Source of the DNA: Octopus sinensis
Lineage: Eukaryota
Assembly: GCF_006345805.1 (NCBI RefSeq)
Contig: NC_043013.1
Span: forward strand, 24,862,001 to 24,926,000
Direction of reading: 5' to 3'
DNA length: 64,000 nucleotides
The notes under the pieces were generated by a model. That model made no database searches. It worked only from the letters and a program-made list of their open reading frames with translations, and was not told where the DNA came from. Positions 49,401 to 57,780 of this stretch are shown piece by piece (positions within the stretch are counted from its first letter, which is position 1; every line of letters begins with the position of its first letter). Made by a program: the position numbers and the translations under genes.

Positions 49401-52400
49401 TTTCACATCAGAAATCTTGCAACACAAATTGATAAATGTAAACTGTAAAATATTTTCTCTTAAACTTGACTTCGTTATTTTACTTCATTCCTATCATGTA
49501 GATTTTCACAAATACCAATTTTTCTATCAATTTTAGTCTTTTTGAAGAACGTGCCATTGGAGTTTTGACTGAATGTTACTCTTCCGATGAAAAAATGGCA
49601 TTAGACTTACTAGTGCAAGAACGGCAAAACTGGAGCAACGCCACATGTATGCTTATAGCAGTAAATGCAGACAATAAGAAATTTATCTCTCATGCTGCTT
49701 GCCAATCTCTACTGAACAATATCTGGATGGGAGAAATGAAAGATAATAACAGCAGCTGGATGGTCAGTGATTTCAATTGTTTCCTATTTCTATTTATTCT
49801 CTATCATTTACCTTTTACTTGCTTCAGTCATTAGACTGTGGCCATGCTGAGGCACTTCCTTGGAAAATTCTAATTGAGTGAATAAAGCTTAGTACTAATT
49901 TTGTTTTTTATTGTTTCAAGCCTGGTGCTTTTTCTATCAGTCACTTTTGCTGAACTGCTATGTTAAAGGGACGTAAACACACCAACACTGGTTTTTCAAG
50001 TGATGGTAGTAAACACACACACACACACACAGAGGCTTCTTTCAGTTTCTGTCTACCAAATTCACTCACAGTGCTTTCGTCGGCTCAAGGTTAAAGTAGA
50101 AGACACTTGCCCAAGGTATCCCACAATGGGACTAAACCTGAAACCATATGGCTTGGAAGTAAGCCTCTCACCACACAGTCACACCAAGTTTACTCATTTC
50201 ATACTAATTACAATATCGTCATCATCATCATCATTGCTTAATGTCTGCCTTCTATACTGGCAAGGATCAGACAGTCTGACAGCAGCCAGTGAGCCAGAAG
50301 CCTATACCAAGCTCAAAAGCTTGCTCTGGCATCGTTTCTAAGGCTGGATGCCCTTCCTAATATGCCAACCACTTTATAGTATGGACTGGATGCTTTTTAC
50401 GTGGCACCAACACCAGTGAGGTCACCAAGTATCTTGCAGGACTGGACCCCTCAACTGAGGAAGAGGTGGGGGTCTAGTCCTGCAAGACCCCTTGGTTGAG
50501 GGAGGTGGCGTTGGAGTATGAATAAGGGGACAGAAATAGGTGTCTTGCTGTAGAGGAGATAAATGGCTTGAAAAAGGTGAGGAGAGACAGAAACAGGGGG
50601 AGGGGGAAGGGAGAGAGAGGGAGAAGATGGTAATGAAGATGTGTCAGGGTACATCCTCAGGTTACAGGGAGTTATTTATGTAAGTGAAGTAGAAGAGTGG
50701 ACTGGAGAGGGTGAGTAGGCAGGGAAGTTCATGAGAGTGTGAAAGGTGAGTGGGAGTTGATGGGGAGAGAAGTGTAGTGAGGGTCATGGGTGGAGAGTGT
50801 TGGTGTTAGGAAAATGAGTTGCAGAGGAGAGATTCTTGTTTGGGACAAATGGTGAGCTGGAAAGTTCATAAAAGTACAAAAGAAGAATAAGAGAAAGGGG
50901 GAGGGGGAGTGCAGTGAGTGGTGATCACAAGTGGAGGGAGGAGTGTTAGGACGATGTGTTATGGAGGAGAGGGACAGCAACATAAATGACATGCCTTTAG
51001 GGCCCCATTTTTACTTAACTCTTTCGTTACTGTATTTATTTCAAGATGCTCTGTGTTTCTTTCAGTTACTTTAGATATAACAAAGAATTTAGTAAAATAA
51101 CTTCGTTATCATCAACCTTAGTGTTAGGAACATAAATTGTGACTAAGGTTTGGTGGAAGATTTTAATTCAAAACTTATGAAAATAAGACATTTGTACTCA
51201 GTCAGTTTCAGCCAGATTGGTAATGAAAGGGTTAAATGGACAAGTCTTCTCAAGGACAACAAATCACCAGTCATCTTGGTCTTTTATCATCTCCTCAGCA
51301 AGGTTCAACATTGAAAGGTCATTTTTTACCACTTCATCCTACGTCTTCCTGAGTCTCCTTCCATTGGTTCCATCCAGATTTAGGGACCGGCTCTTCTTTA
51401 TGCATCTAACTTCATTCATAGACATTACAGGATCATACCACCACAGTCCCATACCTGGCAGTGTGTCATGTCAATTGACTGTGGCCATGCTAGAGCATTG
51501 CCTTTAGTCGAACAAATTGACCCCAGGACTTATTCTTTGTAAGCCTAGTCCTTATTCTTTTAGTCTCTTTTAATGAACCACTAATGTTATGGGGATATAA
51601 ACACACCATCATCAGTTGTCAAGTGATAGTAGTGAGGGACAAACACAGACTCACACACACACACACTCACACACATATATATATACGACGGGCTTCTTTC
51701 AGTTTCTGTCAACCAAATCCACTCACAAGGCTTTGGTCAGCCTGAGGCTATAGTAGAAGACACTTGCCCAAAGTTCCACGCAGTGGGACTGAACCTGGAA
51801 CCATGTAGTTGGGAGGCAAGCTTCTTACCAGACAGCCATATTATATAAATATTCACCCCTTTGTATACTCACTACTGCATTGCCCACATTTCTGTTTTTA
51901 ATTAATTAAAACATTTTAGTTCAGTACATTATATTAACACTTACATTTCAATTTTGTTTCCATGCAGAGAATGTCCCTGAGTCTTTATGAAACTCTCCTT
52001 TTGTCTTTATTCTTCTTTCAGTTGATACTCTGTACATTGTGTCCATTGTTTATATTTCTGATAAAGTTTGACGACAATAACATGTGTACCTCATCAGAAG
52101 AAACCAACAAAGACAACATGGTAAGATTTCTCTATATATTTGTGAAAACTATCACTTCCTTTTTCAAGCGGAGATTCGAAACTAAATCTAAGGATTCTCA
52201 CTCATCTGATCCACCACTGGCCAAACAGGTGCAAAAGAAATTCCTTTGTCCTGTCAAAGTGTGATGGTTAGATTTCCCTTTGACCTATGACCTATGAGCC
52301 ATGTCACTTAAGGTTCAAGTGGACAGGAGGTGATCTACATAGGTAGAAATTGCTCCTGTGATATGTCTATCCTTCTAGCTGTCATGACCATTATAAATAC

Positions 52401-55311
52401 AGTCAGACATACAATAGGGGCAGATAGCCATCAGCAGGCGAACTGTCAAGAGACAGCCAGCAAGTAACTTGTACCAGTCAAGCAGCCAACACAGAACCAC
52501 ATATTCAGCATGAACGACCCAACACTGTAGCAGCCGCAGAACATAAACAGACACCACTGAATGACCAATGCATGCACAGACACAAAACATGCTTGGTTCT
52601 ACCTCATCACATCGACGCAATATTCCCCCTGTTTATTTTCTTCTTCGCCAACTCAAAGCAAGTTGGTAATGCTTTCCCATTGTTTTACTTTGATGTTGTC
52701 CACATGCCTATTACATCTGCTGTTTCGACGACCTCTTTTACTACACCTTTCCCACTACATATTTATACAGTCAGATATGACATAACCATCACAAGTTCAC
52801 ACTTCTCACATGCAATGGCTTCTGTATACTACATCATTAAAAGAGCAAAAAACACTGTTTTTATTTTATTTGGTTGATGGCAACAATGAAAGGAAAACTA
52901 TAGGAAAATATGGAGACACACTCTTTAATTACACTTCCTTTGCAATATCCTACCACCTAAATTATGGCATTCAAATCTCAAGGGCAAGCCCTGGCACTTG
53001 CCACCATCTATATCTCTTTCTTCCTATACTCAACCATCCCATTTATTTTCTGATCCCCATTCCTTGTGATTATGTCCAGCAATTTGCATCCATCTCTATC
53101 CTGCTCTCTCCCACTCTCTCCTTCTCCTGCATTTCGCTTGGGTTAAGTAACTGTGTATTTCCTTTGCAGTAGTGCACCTGTTTCTGTCTTTATTCCTGTT
53201 CTTCTCTTCTCTGGCCGGGTAACCTTGTACTTTCTATACAGCAAGATACCTGTTTCTGTCTCACTATAACCTTTCATCATCTGACACAAGATCACCTCCT
53301 CCAATGCCTCCTCTCCTTTTTGTTTTTTTGTTTTGCAAGTACTTGGTGACCCTATCAGTGTAGGTGCCACTTAAAAGCATCCCATCCACACTGTAAAGTT
53401 GGTGTTCAGAAGGGCATCCAGCTATAAAAACCTTACCAAAACTGACCTCGCCTGTGCTTGTGCCATGTAAAAAGCACCAAGTCCACTCTGCTGAATGGTT
53501 GGTGTTAGGAAGGGCATCCAGCTGTAAAAATCCGGCCAAAACAATTACAGAAGCCTGGTGCAGGCGTCTGTCTGGCCAGCTCCTGTGAAACCATCCCACC
53601 CATGCTAGCATGGAAGGCTAATGGTAAACTATGATGATGATGACGCCCACATAATCCTTTATCTTTTATTATCTCTTATTTGTTTTTGATGATTAGACTG
53701 CACCCATGCTGGAGCATCACCTTAACGAAATTTAGTCAAACAAATCAACCTCTGGAGAGCTGCACCAGCAGATTCCAGTCTGATTTGACTTGGTTTCTAC
53801 TGCTGGATGCCCTTCCTAATGCCAACCACTATATTCTTTTCTACTTTAGGCACAAGGCTCGAAATTTGTGGGGAGAGGGCTAGTTGATTAGATTGGCCCC
53901 AATGCGTAACTGGTACTTAATTTATCGACCTCGAAAGGGTGAAAGGCAAAGTCGACCTCAGCAGAATTCAAACTTAGATCATAAAGATAGGCAATATACC
54001 ATTAAGCATTTTGCCCGGCATGCTAACATTTCTGCCAGCTCGCCGCCTTAACCAACCACTATTATTAACATTTCATTTATTCAGTATTTGCATTTAATGT
54101 TCATTTTTCCATACTAGCATGAATTTGGATGGGAATTTGGATTTGTGATAGGATTTTACAGCCGGAGGCTTTTCCTGTCACCAACCTTTACTCTTCTCAG
54201 TTATCAAACAAGGGAGATCTTTTTTATTCCACTCACTCAATGAAAGGACAGAGTGACCAATCATAAACTTTGCAAAAAATGTTGATACCCCCACCAAGTG
54301 TGGAGCAGCAGTCAACATCCACACACACACTCACATACACAGATGCATGTGCACGCACAATAACACACACACATACATGACAGCTTTCCTACAAAATCCT
54401 TCTTAATTACACAGCCATGCAAATTGATGAACCTGATTTGAAAAGGCTCTTAATAATGATTCCAAATTTTTGCACAAGGCCAGCAATTTTTGAGAGATGA
54501 GGGTAAGTCAATTCCATTGACCCCAATGCCCAACTGTTACTTATTTTATTGCCCCCAAAATTGACCACAGCAGCATTTGAACATAGAACATAAAGTCAGA
54601 AGAAATGCCTTTAAGTATTTTGTCCGGTACAGTAACAATTCTGCCAGCTCATTGCCTTACATCTAATATTTTTTTCTACTCTAGGCACAAGGTCTGAAAT
54701 TTTGGGGTAGGAGACCAGTCGATTAGATCGACCATAGTACACAACTGGTACTTAATGTGTTGACCCCAAAAGGATCAAAGTCGACCTTGGTGGAAATTAA
54801 ACTCAGAACGTAAGCCTGTTGTGTGAATGTGTATGTAAGATTGCAGTCGTGACAGCTGCCGGTGTCGTGCAACTGGCACCTTGTGCCAGTGGCATGTGAA
54901 AGCACCTATTACACTCTCGGAGTGGTTGGCATTAGGAAGGGCATCCAGCAGTAGAAGCCATGCCAAATCAGGCTGGAATCTGGTGCAGCCTTCCAGCTTA
55001 CCAGCTCTGGTCAAACCATCCAACCCATGAACAACAGATGTTAAATGATGATGACAATGATGATGATTGTGATATATATTTGCAAAGTCTATGAGAATTA
55101 CTTAATACAGTTTTTTTAAATATCATTTTTAAAATATTATGAAATCTTTTATGAAATCTTTTATGTTACTAACCTTTTTGTGGGGAAGAAGATTATTTTC
55201 TAGTGTGTAAGCACTGTCAAACACACGTGTTCTTAAAGAGGAAGTTATTTTTGTGGTATTATTTTCGGTTTATTTTCGGACATTTTATATCTATATAGAT
55301 AGATATCTACG

Positions 55312-55370
<59 letters not shown>

Positions 55371-57313
55371 ACATATTTCATCCCACCACTGCTTGACAAC
55401 TGAGGTTGGGTCTTTACATCCTCCTAACTTTGTGGTTCTGCAAAAAGACAACGATAGAATAATAATTAGGCTTTAAAAAAATTAAAAGCGCTGGGGTCAA
55501 TTTATTCAGCTAAAAATTTTTCACGGTAGGGCAGTGTTCCAACATGGCCACAATCTAATAACTATCAAAAGATAAAACATATAAGCTGAGAGATTAAGTG
55601 GCTGGCTGGATGGCTTGTTGATTGACTGGCTGGATGGCTGGATGGATGGCTAAGTTGGCTAACAGGTTAAGTTAGTAGTTGGTTGGCTGGTTGGTTGGTT
55701 GGTTGATTCAGTGCATTCGTTTACAGCCACTATTATTATCAGGCAGTGAGCTGGCAGTATTGTCTGCACAGCGGACAAATAGTTTAGCATTGTTAGCATG
55801 CTGGAGAAACAGCTTGGCGGCATTTCATTTGTTGTCACGTTCTGAGTTCAATTTCTGCCAAGGTTGACTTTCCAGGTCATCGATAAAATAAATATCAATT
55901 GAACGACAGGGTTGATGTAATCAGCTTACCTTTCCCCACAAAAAAATTGCTGGCCTTGAGCCAAAATTTGAAATCATTGTTATGAGCCTCCTTAACCCTT
56001 TCAGACCATATTTGTACCAGTTAAAAATTTTACAACCTATGTGGTACAGTATAGTACCACTCCAGTTTTTCTAGTAAGTATGTAGCACCAAGCATATGAT
56101 CAGAGTGTATGACACTATAATCTTTTCTACTATAGGCACAAGGCCTGAAATTTTGGGAGAGGGTGCTTGTTGATTACATTGATCCCCATGCATTACTGGT
56201 ACTTAATTTATTGACTCCAAAAGGATGAAAGGCAAAGTCAGCCTTGGCAACATTTGAACTCAGAACCTTGCGAATGAGCAAGATACTGGTAAGCATTTCA
56301 CCCACTGCCGCATTAGTATCGTGGCCCTCAGTTGGTTATGATGATGAGGGTTCCAGTTGATTTGATCAACAGAACAGCCTGCTCGTGAAATTAACATGTA
56401 AGTGGCTGAGCACTTCACAGACACGTGTACCCTTAACGTAGTTCTCAGGGAGATTCAGCGTGACACAGAGTATGACAAGGCTGCCTCTTTGAAACAGAGG
56501 TACATCAGAAACAGAAAGAAAGAGTGCGAGAAAGTTGAGGTAAAAGAATACATCAGGGTTTGTCACCACCCGCTGCCAGATCCTCTTGGAGCTTTAGGCA
56601 TTTTTGCTCAATAAACACAAAGCTCGGTCTGGGAATCAAAGTAAAATACATACCAGTTGAACACTGGGGTCAGTGTAACTGACTTACCCTTTTGCTTCCC
56701 CACTTCCAAAATTAAGGAGGATTTTGCAGAAAAAGTTCCCAACCACATGGTTCAGGGTTCAGTCCCACTGCATGGCATCTTGGGCAAGTGTCTTTTGTAG
56801 TCGGAAACTGAAAGAAGCCCGTCATGTGTGTGTCTATGTGTGTGTGTGTATTTGTCCAGCCACAATCACTTGGCAACTGATGTTGGTGTGTTTACGTCCC
56901 TGTAACTTAGCAGTTCGGCAAAAGAAATTAATAGAATAAGTACTAAGCTTACAAAGAATAAGTCCTGGGGTCGATTTGTTCGACTTGAGGTGGTGCTCCA
57001 GCATGGCCTGGCCACAGTCAAATGACTGAAACAAATAAACGAAGGTGGATGTGTATGTGTGATTGTGTGTCTATGCATGTGTATGTGTATGTGTGCATAT
57101 GTGTATGTATGAATGTGAAAGCATTATTAGTTATGTTATAGAAAAATAGAGAATAATGATGATCTGTTGTTGATAGGATTGTATAGTGACTTGTGAATTG
57201 AGAATAATGTATTTAAATATTATAAACTATCAAATAAATGGCTTGTTAATCTCACCTTATGCCCCTTTTTGTTTTTCATGTTTTCAGGTCTATTATAAAA
57301 GAACTAAAGAACC
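1735..57313 (+). CDS. TRPM2: TRPM2-like transient receptor potential melastatin channel, partial (MHR1-4 plus pre-S1; 17 exons, about 688 aa)
   Basis: The spliced translation contains [32 protein letters not shown], very close to vertebrate TRPM2 as I recall it ([32 protein letters not shown]). It also has [64 protein letters not shown] and [12 protein letters not shown]. All introns are GT-AG and phases match across every junction. Orthology to TRPM2 rather than a sister beta-TRPM is inferred. Confidence 0.9.
4269..4650 (+). mobile_element. SINE family A (GGCGAGCTGGCAGAA...GTTCAAATTCCGCCGAGGTCGAC head), one full copy plus a partial tandem copy
   Basis: The same sequence recurs at about 24480, 28199, 36973 and 55745 (+) and about 16400, 29721, 48770, 49070, 53833, 54670 and 56125 (-). 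It has tRNA-like A/B boxes (GAGTTCAAATTC). Confidence 0.8.
4827..5580. mobile_element. Foldback/MITE-like element with about 240-bp terminal inverted repeats
   Basis: About 4827-5065 is a near-exact reverse complement of about 5340-5580. There is no coding capacity between the arms. Confidence 0.85.
5775..6140 (+). mobile_element. SINE family B with a tRNA-like head and a CORE/MIR-like block (CACCTTGGGCAAGT)
   Basis: GCGTGGCTGTGTGGTAAGAAGCTTGCTTCCCA...GTTCAGTCCCACTG head. Further copies at about 16765, 24090, 28160, 35127 and 56724 (+) and about 23010, 32870, 37450, 38990, 49830 and 51480 (-). Confidence 0.8.
6203..6798 (+). mobile_element. Non-autonomous piggyBac derivative retaining the transposase C-terminal cysteine-rich domain
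   Basis: TTAA at both ends (6203-6206 and 6795-6798). Imperfect TIRs CC(C)TT...CACCATG and subterminal GGGATCA...CCC repeats. Internal [18 protein letters not shown], then a frameshift, then [19 protein letters not shown], matching the piggyBac CRD pattern. Confidence 0.85.
7105..7730 (-). mobile_element. Old RTE LINE 3' fragment with the family's (GAT)n-tailed 3' UTR
   Basis: Minus strand reads [44 protein letters not shown] with later stops, homologous to the C-terminus of the ORF at 19482-20996. Confidence 0.8.
7961..8297. mobile_element. Tc1/mariner-type MITE
   Basis: TIR CCGGGGTTTTCCGAAAATCCGCC at 7961 with its reverse complement ending at 8297; flanked by TA on both sides. Confidence 0.85.
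8545..9648 (-). mobile_element. Penelope-like element remnant (Cys-rich linker, GIY-YIG endonuclease and 3' region)
   Basis: The ORF track at 9086-9760 shows [15 protein letters not shown] (CxC...C linker), LVYKCTV...VYIEQT (GIY-YIG with G to E), [13 protein letters not shown]-x-I and CQLCSEE. A hammerhead-like GAAACAATTGTC motif lies downstream on the same strand at about 8548-8590. Confidence 0.8.
10046..10080 (+). ncRNA. Minimal hammerhead-ribozyme-like motif within a Penelope-type terminal repeat
   Basis: gttt-CTGAAGA-A-GAA cgtta TTC-GAAACGTT-aaac: catalytic core, short stem II, palindromic stem III and GTTT/AAAC stem I. Confidence 0.55.
11035..11600 (+). mobile_element. Internally deleted mariner transposon
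   Basis: TIRs TTGAGTCGTTCGGAAAGTTTGTGCCGATTT and AAATCAGCACGAACTTTCCGGACAACCCAA; TA on the left and TG on the right. Encodes [24 protein letters not shown]...GSYLVD*, the mariner YSPDLAPSD motif. Confidence 0.9.
11871..12015 (+). CDS. TRPM2: TRPM2-like exon ([10 protein letters not shown]...[18 protein letters not shown])
   Basis: ttttcag acceptor, AAG|gtaat donor; phase 2 to 0; T-N/D-A-F-G-E-x-x-F motif. Confidence 0.92.
12026..12254. mobile_element. piggyBac-type MITE family 1 (CCCTTT...AAAGGG-TTAA)
   Basis: Terminal CCCTTTTGTTAC and GTAACGAAAGGGTTAA. Related copies at 18224-18449 and 51015-51235 in the opposite orientation. Starts about 10 nt after an exon donor. Confidence 0.75.
12320..12895. 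mobile_element. Two tandem related units resembling non-autonomous Helitron/Helentron (HINE) elements
   Basis: TATCTTACTAT(T/A)ATGGGCGTTATG starts both units (about 12329 and 12597). The second has a (CTGT)n microsatellite followed by CACGGCCAGACAGCTGGACC, a HINE/DINE-1-like layout. Class assignment is inference. Confidence 0.55.
13520..13700 (+). CDS. TRPM2: TRPM2-like exon ([10 protein letters not shown]...VTGGAKNF...VKVARSTG)
   Basis: catacag acceptor, CAG|gtaag donor; phase 0 to 1. Confidence 0.95.
14694..14857 (+). CDS. TRPM2: TRPM2-like exon ([23 protein letters not shown]...[19 protein letters not shown])
   Basis: ttacag acceptor, AAC|gtaagc donor; phase 1 to 0. Confidence 0.95.
14930..16148 (-). 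mobile_element. Near-full-length decayed mariner transposon
   Basis: TA-flanked TIRs (CGAAGGTTAGTGGAAAAGTTCATAGG and CCTAAGAACTTTTCTGTCCGCCCTCG). Broken transposase: [43 protein letters not shown]. Confidence 0.9.
16965..16999 (+). ncRNA. Hammerhead-ribozyme-like motif (second copy of the repeat at 10.0 kb)
   Basis: gttt-CTGAAGA-A-GAGC att GCTC-GAAATGTT-aaac; stem III palindrome decayed from ACGT to ATGT. Confidence 0.5.
17115..17775 (+). mobile_element. L1/Tx1-clade ORF2 fragment (end of RT and thumb region), degenerate
   Basis: [31 protein letters not shown] and RGLGMP motifs with stops and a deletion. Ends about 60 nt upstream of the exon at 17834. Confidence 0.75.
17834..18008 (+). CDS. 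TRPM2: TRPM2-like exon (GSWPAEY...[31 protein letters not shown])
   Basis: ttgtag acceptor, GAG|gtaag donor; phase 0 to 1. Confidence 0.95.
18762..18925. mobile_element. Small MITE-like inverted-repeat element
   Basis: CAAGCTAATATGGCAGTCC (18782-18800) pairs perfectly with GGACTGCCATATTAGCTTG (18886-18904); the arms extend imperfectly outward. Confidence 0.65.
19203..19315 (+). CDS. TRPM2: TRPM2-like exon ([25 protein letters not shown]...PVIVVK)
   Basis: ttttag acceptor, AAG|gtctg donor; phase 1 to 0. Confidence 0.93.
19482..20996 (+). CDS. RTE reverse transcriptase (5'-truncated ORF2) with an internal PHD-like zinc finger
   Basis: [42 protein letters not shown] (20043), [18 protein letters not shown] and GRPRKTW motifs. 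C4HC3 array at 20214-20345. The ATG shown is internal; no endonuclease domain is present. Confidence 0.93.
   Translation: MIHEGVIPNDWCSSIIVNCYKGKGDALDTNNYRGIKLLDQVMKVTERVIAQLIRERVSLDDMQFGFVPGKSTTDAIFLVRQLQEKYLAKGKPLYLAFVDLEKAFDRVPRSLIWWSMRKLGIDEWLVRAVRAMYRDAASKVRVGNEYSEEFRVEVGVHQGSVLSPLLFIIVLQAIMEEFKTGCPWELLYADDLALIAESLSELEEKFQVWKQGLESKGLRINLAKTKVLISRKVDQPQTTSGRWPCSICKKGVGRNSIRCTKCKLWTHKRCSNVKGRLTGKIVFVCSRCSGEINSGNVQRPTSTTFQGDKLEVVDSFCYLGDQVSSGGGCAESVTARVRIAWAKFRELLPLLVTKGLSLRVKGRLYDACVRTAMLHGSETWAVTAEDMRKLARNEASMLRWMCNVSVHNRQSVSTLREKLNLRSVSCGVQERRLRWYGHMTRMAEDSCVQKCYTLAVEGTCGRGRPRKTWDEVVKHDLRSLGLTKEMTRDRDLWKYAVREKTRQD
21185..21460 (+). repeat. 62-bp tandem repeat (about 4.5 copies) in the RTE 3' UTR
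   Basis: GTGTCGGTGGCACATAAAAACACCATCCGAGCGTGGCCGTTCGCCAGCCTCGTCTGGCACCT at 21259, 21321 and 21383, with partial copies on either side. Confidence 0.95.
22832..22923 (+). CDS. TRPM2: TRPM2-like exon ([31 protein letters not shown])
   Basis: ttgtcag acceptor, GG|gttagt donor; phase 0 to 2. Confidence 0.92.
24944..25003. repeat. 60-bp perfect spacerless palindrome
   Basis: Centred on CCCATGGG (between 24973 and 24974); all 30 pairs checked by hand. Confidence 0.95.
25124..25167 (+). ncRNA. Hammerhead-ribozyme-like motif in a Penelope-type terminal sequence
   Basis: atac-CTGATGA-A-cgct..cagct-GAAACGTT-gtgt; stem II is degenerate. Confidence 0.45.
25363..25559 (+). CDS. TRPM2: TRPM2-like exon ([13 protein letters not shown]...[25 protein letters not shown])
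   Basis: tttctag acceptor, AAG|gtcag donor; phase 2 to 1; DID-x-AIL-x-ALLK motif. Confidence 0.95.
25755..25982. mobile_element. piggyBac-type MITE family 2 (intact copy)
   Basis: Ends CCCTTTAG and GCTAAAGGG-TTAA. A sister copy at 48211-48447 interrupts a SINE exactly at a duplicated TTAA. Confidence 0.8.
28199..28425 (+). mobile_element. Young SINE family A copy inserted into a family B SINE
   Basis: 17-bp TSD AAACTTGCTTCCCAACC at 28182-28198 and 28426-28442. Confidence 0.9.
29721..29934 (-). mobile_element. SINE family A copy with an 18-bp TSD
   Basis: AATATCTGGAATATATTA at 29703-29720 and 29935-29952. Confidence 0.9.
30631..30728 (+). CDS. TRPM2: TRPM2-like exon ([33 protein letters not shown])
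   Basis: ttacag acceptor, CCA|gtaaga donor; phase 1 to 0; WNR-x-DIA-x-SEIF motif. Confidence 0.93.
31210..31291 (-). pseudogene. tRNA-Leu pseudogene
   Basis: Reverse complement TGGCTGAGTGGTCCAAGGCACTGGTTTAAAGCACCAGTCTGTTTGGAGGCATGAGTTCAAATCCCACTGCTGCCA follows the eukaryotic type II tRNA-Leu layout. It shows CpG to TpG/CpA decay, a broken 5' acceptor strand and an anticodon read as AAA. Confidence 0.75.
32358..32492 (+). CDS. TRPM2: TRPM2-like exon ([27 protein letters not shown]...LKELYNR)
   Basis: ttctcag acceptor, AGA|gtaagt donor; phase 0 to 0. Confidence 0.95.
33300..34420 (-). mobile_element. Degenerate L1/Tx1-like ORF1 region
   Basis: Overlapping minus-strand ORFs 34093-34371 and 33503-34126 ([10 protein letters not shown]...[10 protein letters not shown]...[11 protein letters not shown]...KRKRK). 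GC-rich compared with the flanks; motifs are shared with the element at 1-600. Confidence 0.6.
34700..34835. repeat. Compound (CTAT)n/(CTGT)n tetranucleotide microsatellite
   Basis: Seen directly. Other microsatellites: (TA)n at 7033, 9650 and 37407; (CA)n(TA)n at 10180; (TG)n at 11606 and 55315; (TTA)n at 36770 and 37170; (GAT)n at 58900; CA-rich at 59065-59270. Confidence 0.95.
34959..35009 (+). CDS. TRPM2: TRPM2-like exon ([17 protein letters not shown])
   Basis: cttcaag acceptor after a pyrimidine tract, AAG|gtaata donor; phase 0 to 0. Confidence 0.85.
35587..36110. mobile_element. Rearranged mariner fragment (5' part on +, middle part on -)
   Basis: + strand: [16 protein letters not shown]. 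- strand: [44 protein letters not shown] (mariner WVP-like motif). Confidence 0.85.
36203..36299 (+). CDS. TRPM2: TRPM2-like exon ([32 protein letters not shown])
   Basis: gtttcag acceptor; weak donor CAG|gttgtt, chosen because phase 1 matches the next exon. Confidence 0.82.
36390..36720 (-). mobile_element. Remnant of a restriction-like endonuclease domain from an RLE-type non-LTR retrotransposon (R2/NeSL/HERO-like)
   Basis: Minus strand reads [28 protein letters not shown] with frameshifts, resembling D-x-x-I-P-x-D...KE-x-EK-x-x-KY-x-x-L. Confidence 0.55.
37760..38486 (-). mobile_element. Non-autonomous Helitron-like element
   Basis: ACTAG at 37760-37764 next to the hairpin ACCCG-ctctatgca-CGGGT (Helitron 3' CTAG plus hairpin on the minus strand); the other end reads TTTTATAGATATTGAT. 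Confidence 0.65.
38508..38596 (+). CDS. TRPM2: TRPM2-like exon ([30 protein letters not shown])
   Basis: atttcag acceptor, ATG|gtaagt donor; phase 1 to 0. Confidence 0.95.
38650..38990. mobile_element. Helentron/HINE-like non-autonomous element
   Basis: (GTTT)n-GTCCGTGGACAAAATATCTCAAGAACTGCTAGATGGATT start and CCTTGGCAGAGGTTTGCACTCTCTGAGTGCT end, typical of this class. Assignment from recall, not a search. Confidence 0.55.
40175..40423. repeat. 18-bp minisatellite (TTGGTCATGTGGYTCAGC), about 13 copies
   Basis: Near-perfect copies at the left end with increasing divergence to the right. Confidence 0.9.
40869..40969 (+). CDS. TRPM2: TRPM2-like exon ([16 protein letters not shown]...KLQEHA)
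   Basis: ttactag acceptor, GA|gtaagt donor; phase 0 to 2; ALVA-x-KL motif. Confidence 0.92.
41348..47696. repeat. 6.35-kb compound hierarchical satellite (22/23-bp, 9-bp and 10-bp monomers)
   Basis: TCCTCTTTGATCTTTGTCGGCAC-type 22/23-mers throughout. Blocks of ACATTCC(T/A)G 9-mers and GGTTTGA(A/T)CC 10-mers recur at about 41.35, 41.66, 42.02, 42.30, 42.99, 43.28, 44.52 and 44.75 kb. Confidence 0.97.
48211..48447. mobile_element. piggyBac-type MITE family 2 inserted in a SINE
   Basis: TTAA duplicated at 48211-48214 and 48444-48447; the host SINE sequence resumes on both sides. Confidence 0.85.
49537..49762 (+). CDS. TRPM2: TRPM2-like exon ([14 protein letters not shown]...[27 protein letters not shown])
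   Basis: ttttag acceptor, ATG|gtcagt donor; phase 2 to 0; MHR4 motifs. Confidence 0.95.
52022..52120 (+). CDS. TRPM2: TRPM2-like exon (pre-S1: [33 protein letters not shown])
   Basis: ctttcag acceptor, ATG|gtaaga donor; hydrophobic pre-S1 helix; phase 0 to 0. Confidence 0.88.
57288..57313 (+). CDS. TRPM2: Probable 26-nt micro-exon of the TRPM2-like gene (VYYKRTKEP)
   Basis: Long pyrimidine tract plus ttttcag, consensus CC|gtaagt donor, open in phase 0. No homology support because the loop is variable. Confidence 0.65.
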
Positions 57314-57528
57314 GTAAGTCATGACTTTTTTTGTATATATATACAAATTCTAATTTATGTTAATCATTGCCATTTATGTAACAGAGATCAGTGCCATTAC
57401 TATCTCCTCTGATATTTGTTATCACCAAAGTATTGTTTCCAGAATAAGAATAGGATGGAGGATATTCAGGGAACTACTACCTCTGTTGGCAGTAAAAGGT
57501 CTCTCTCTCAGAATAAAGGTAGATTGTA

Positions 57529-57780
57529 TTGGATTGGTGCAATAATTATTGCAGCTTTTTTTCAACAAATTTTATTCAACAAAAACAATAACAACATGTA
57601 ACTAAAACATCTTTAAATGATTATTCCGGAACATATTGACCATCTACTTCAATTATTGCTTCCCATTTGCTTGGCAGACGGTCAGACCATCATTTAAAGA
57701 TGTTTTTGTTAAATATTGTTATTGTTTTTGTTGAATAAAATTTGTTGAAAAAAAGCCACAATAATTATGCACCAACCCAA
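57529..57780. mobile_element. Mariner-derived MITE with about 95-bp inverted arms, inserted in an old RTE fragment (about 57420-58030)
   Basis: TA TSD (57527-57528 and 57781-57782) splits the RTE codons GRLY/DACV. The interior encodes RLPSKWEAIIEVDGQYVPE* on the minus strand, a mariner C-terminus. Confidence 0.85.

Noticed and set aside
50690-51000. Purine-rich block (and the pyrimidine-rich block at about 61480-61890) as a gene fragment
   Set aside because: Low-complexity composition; the short ORFs have no domain signature.
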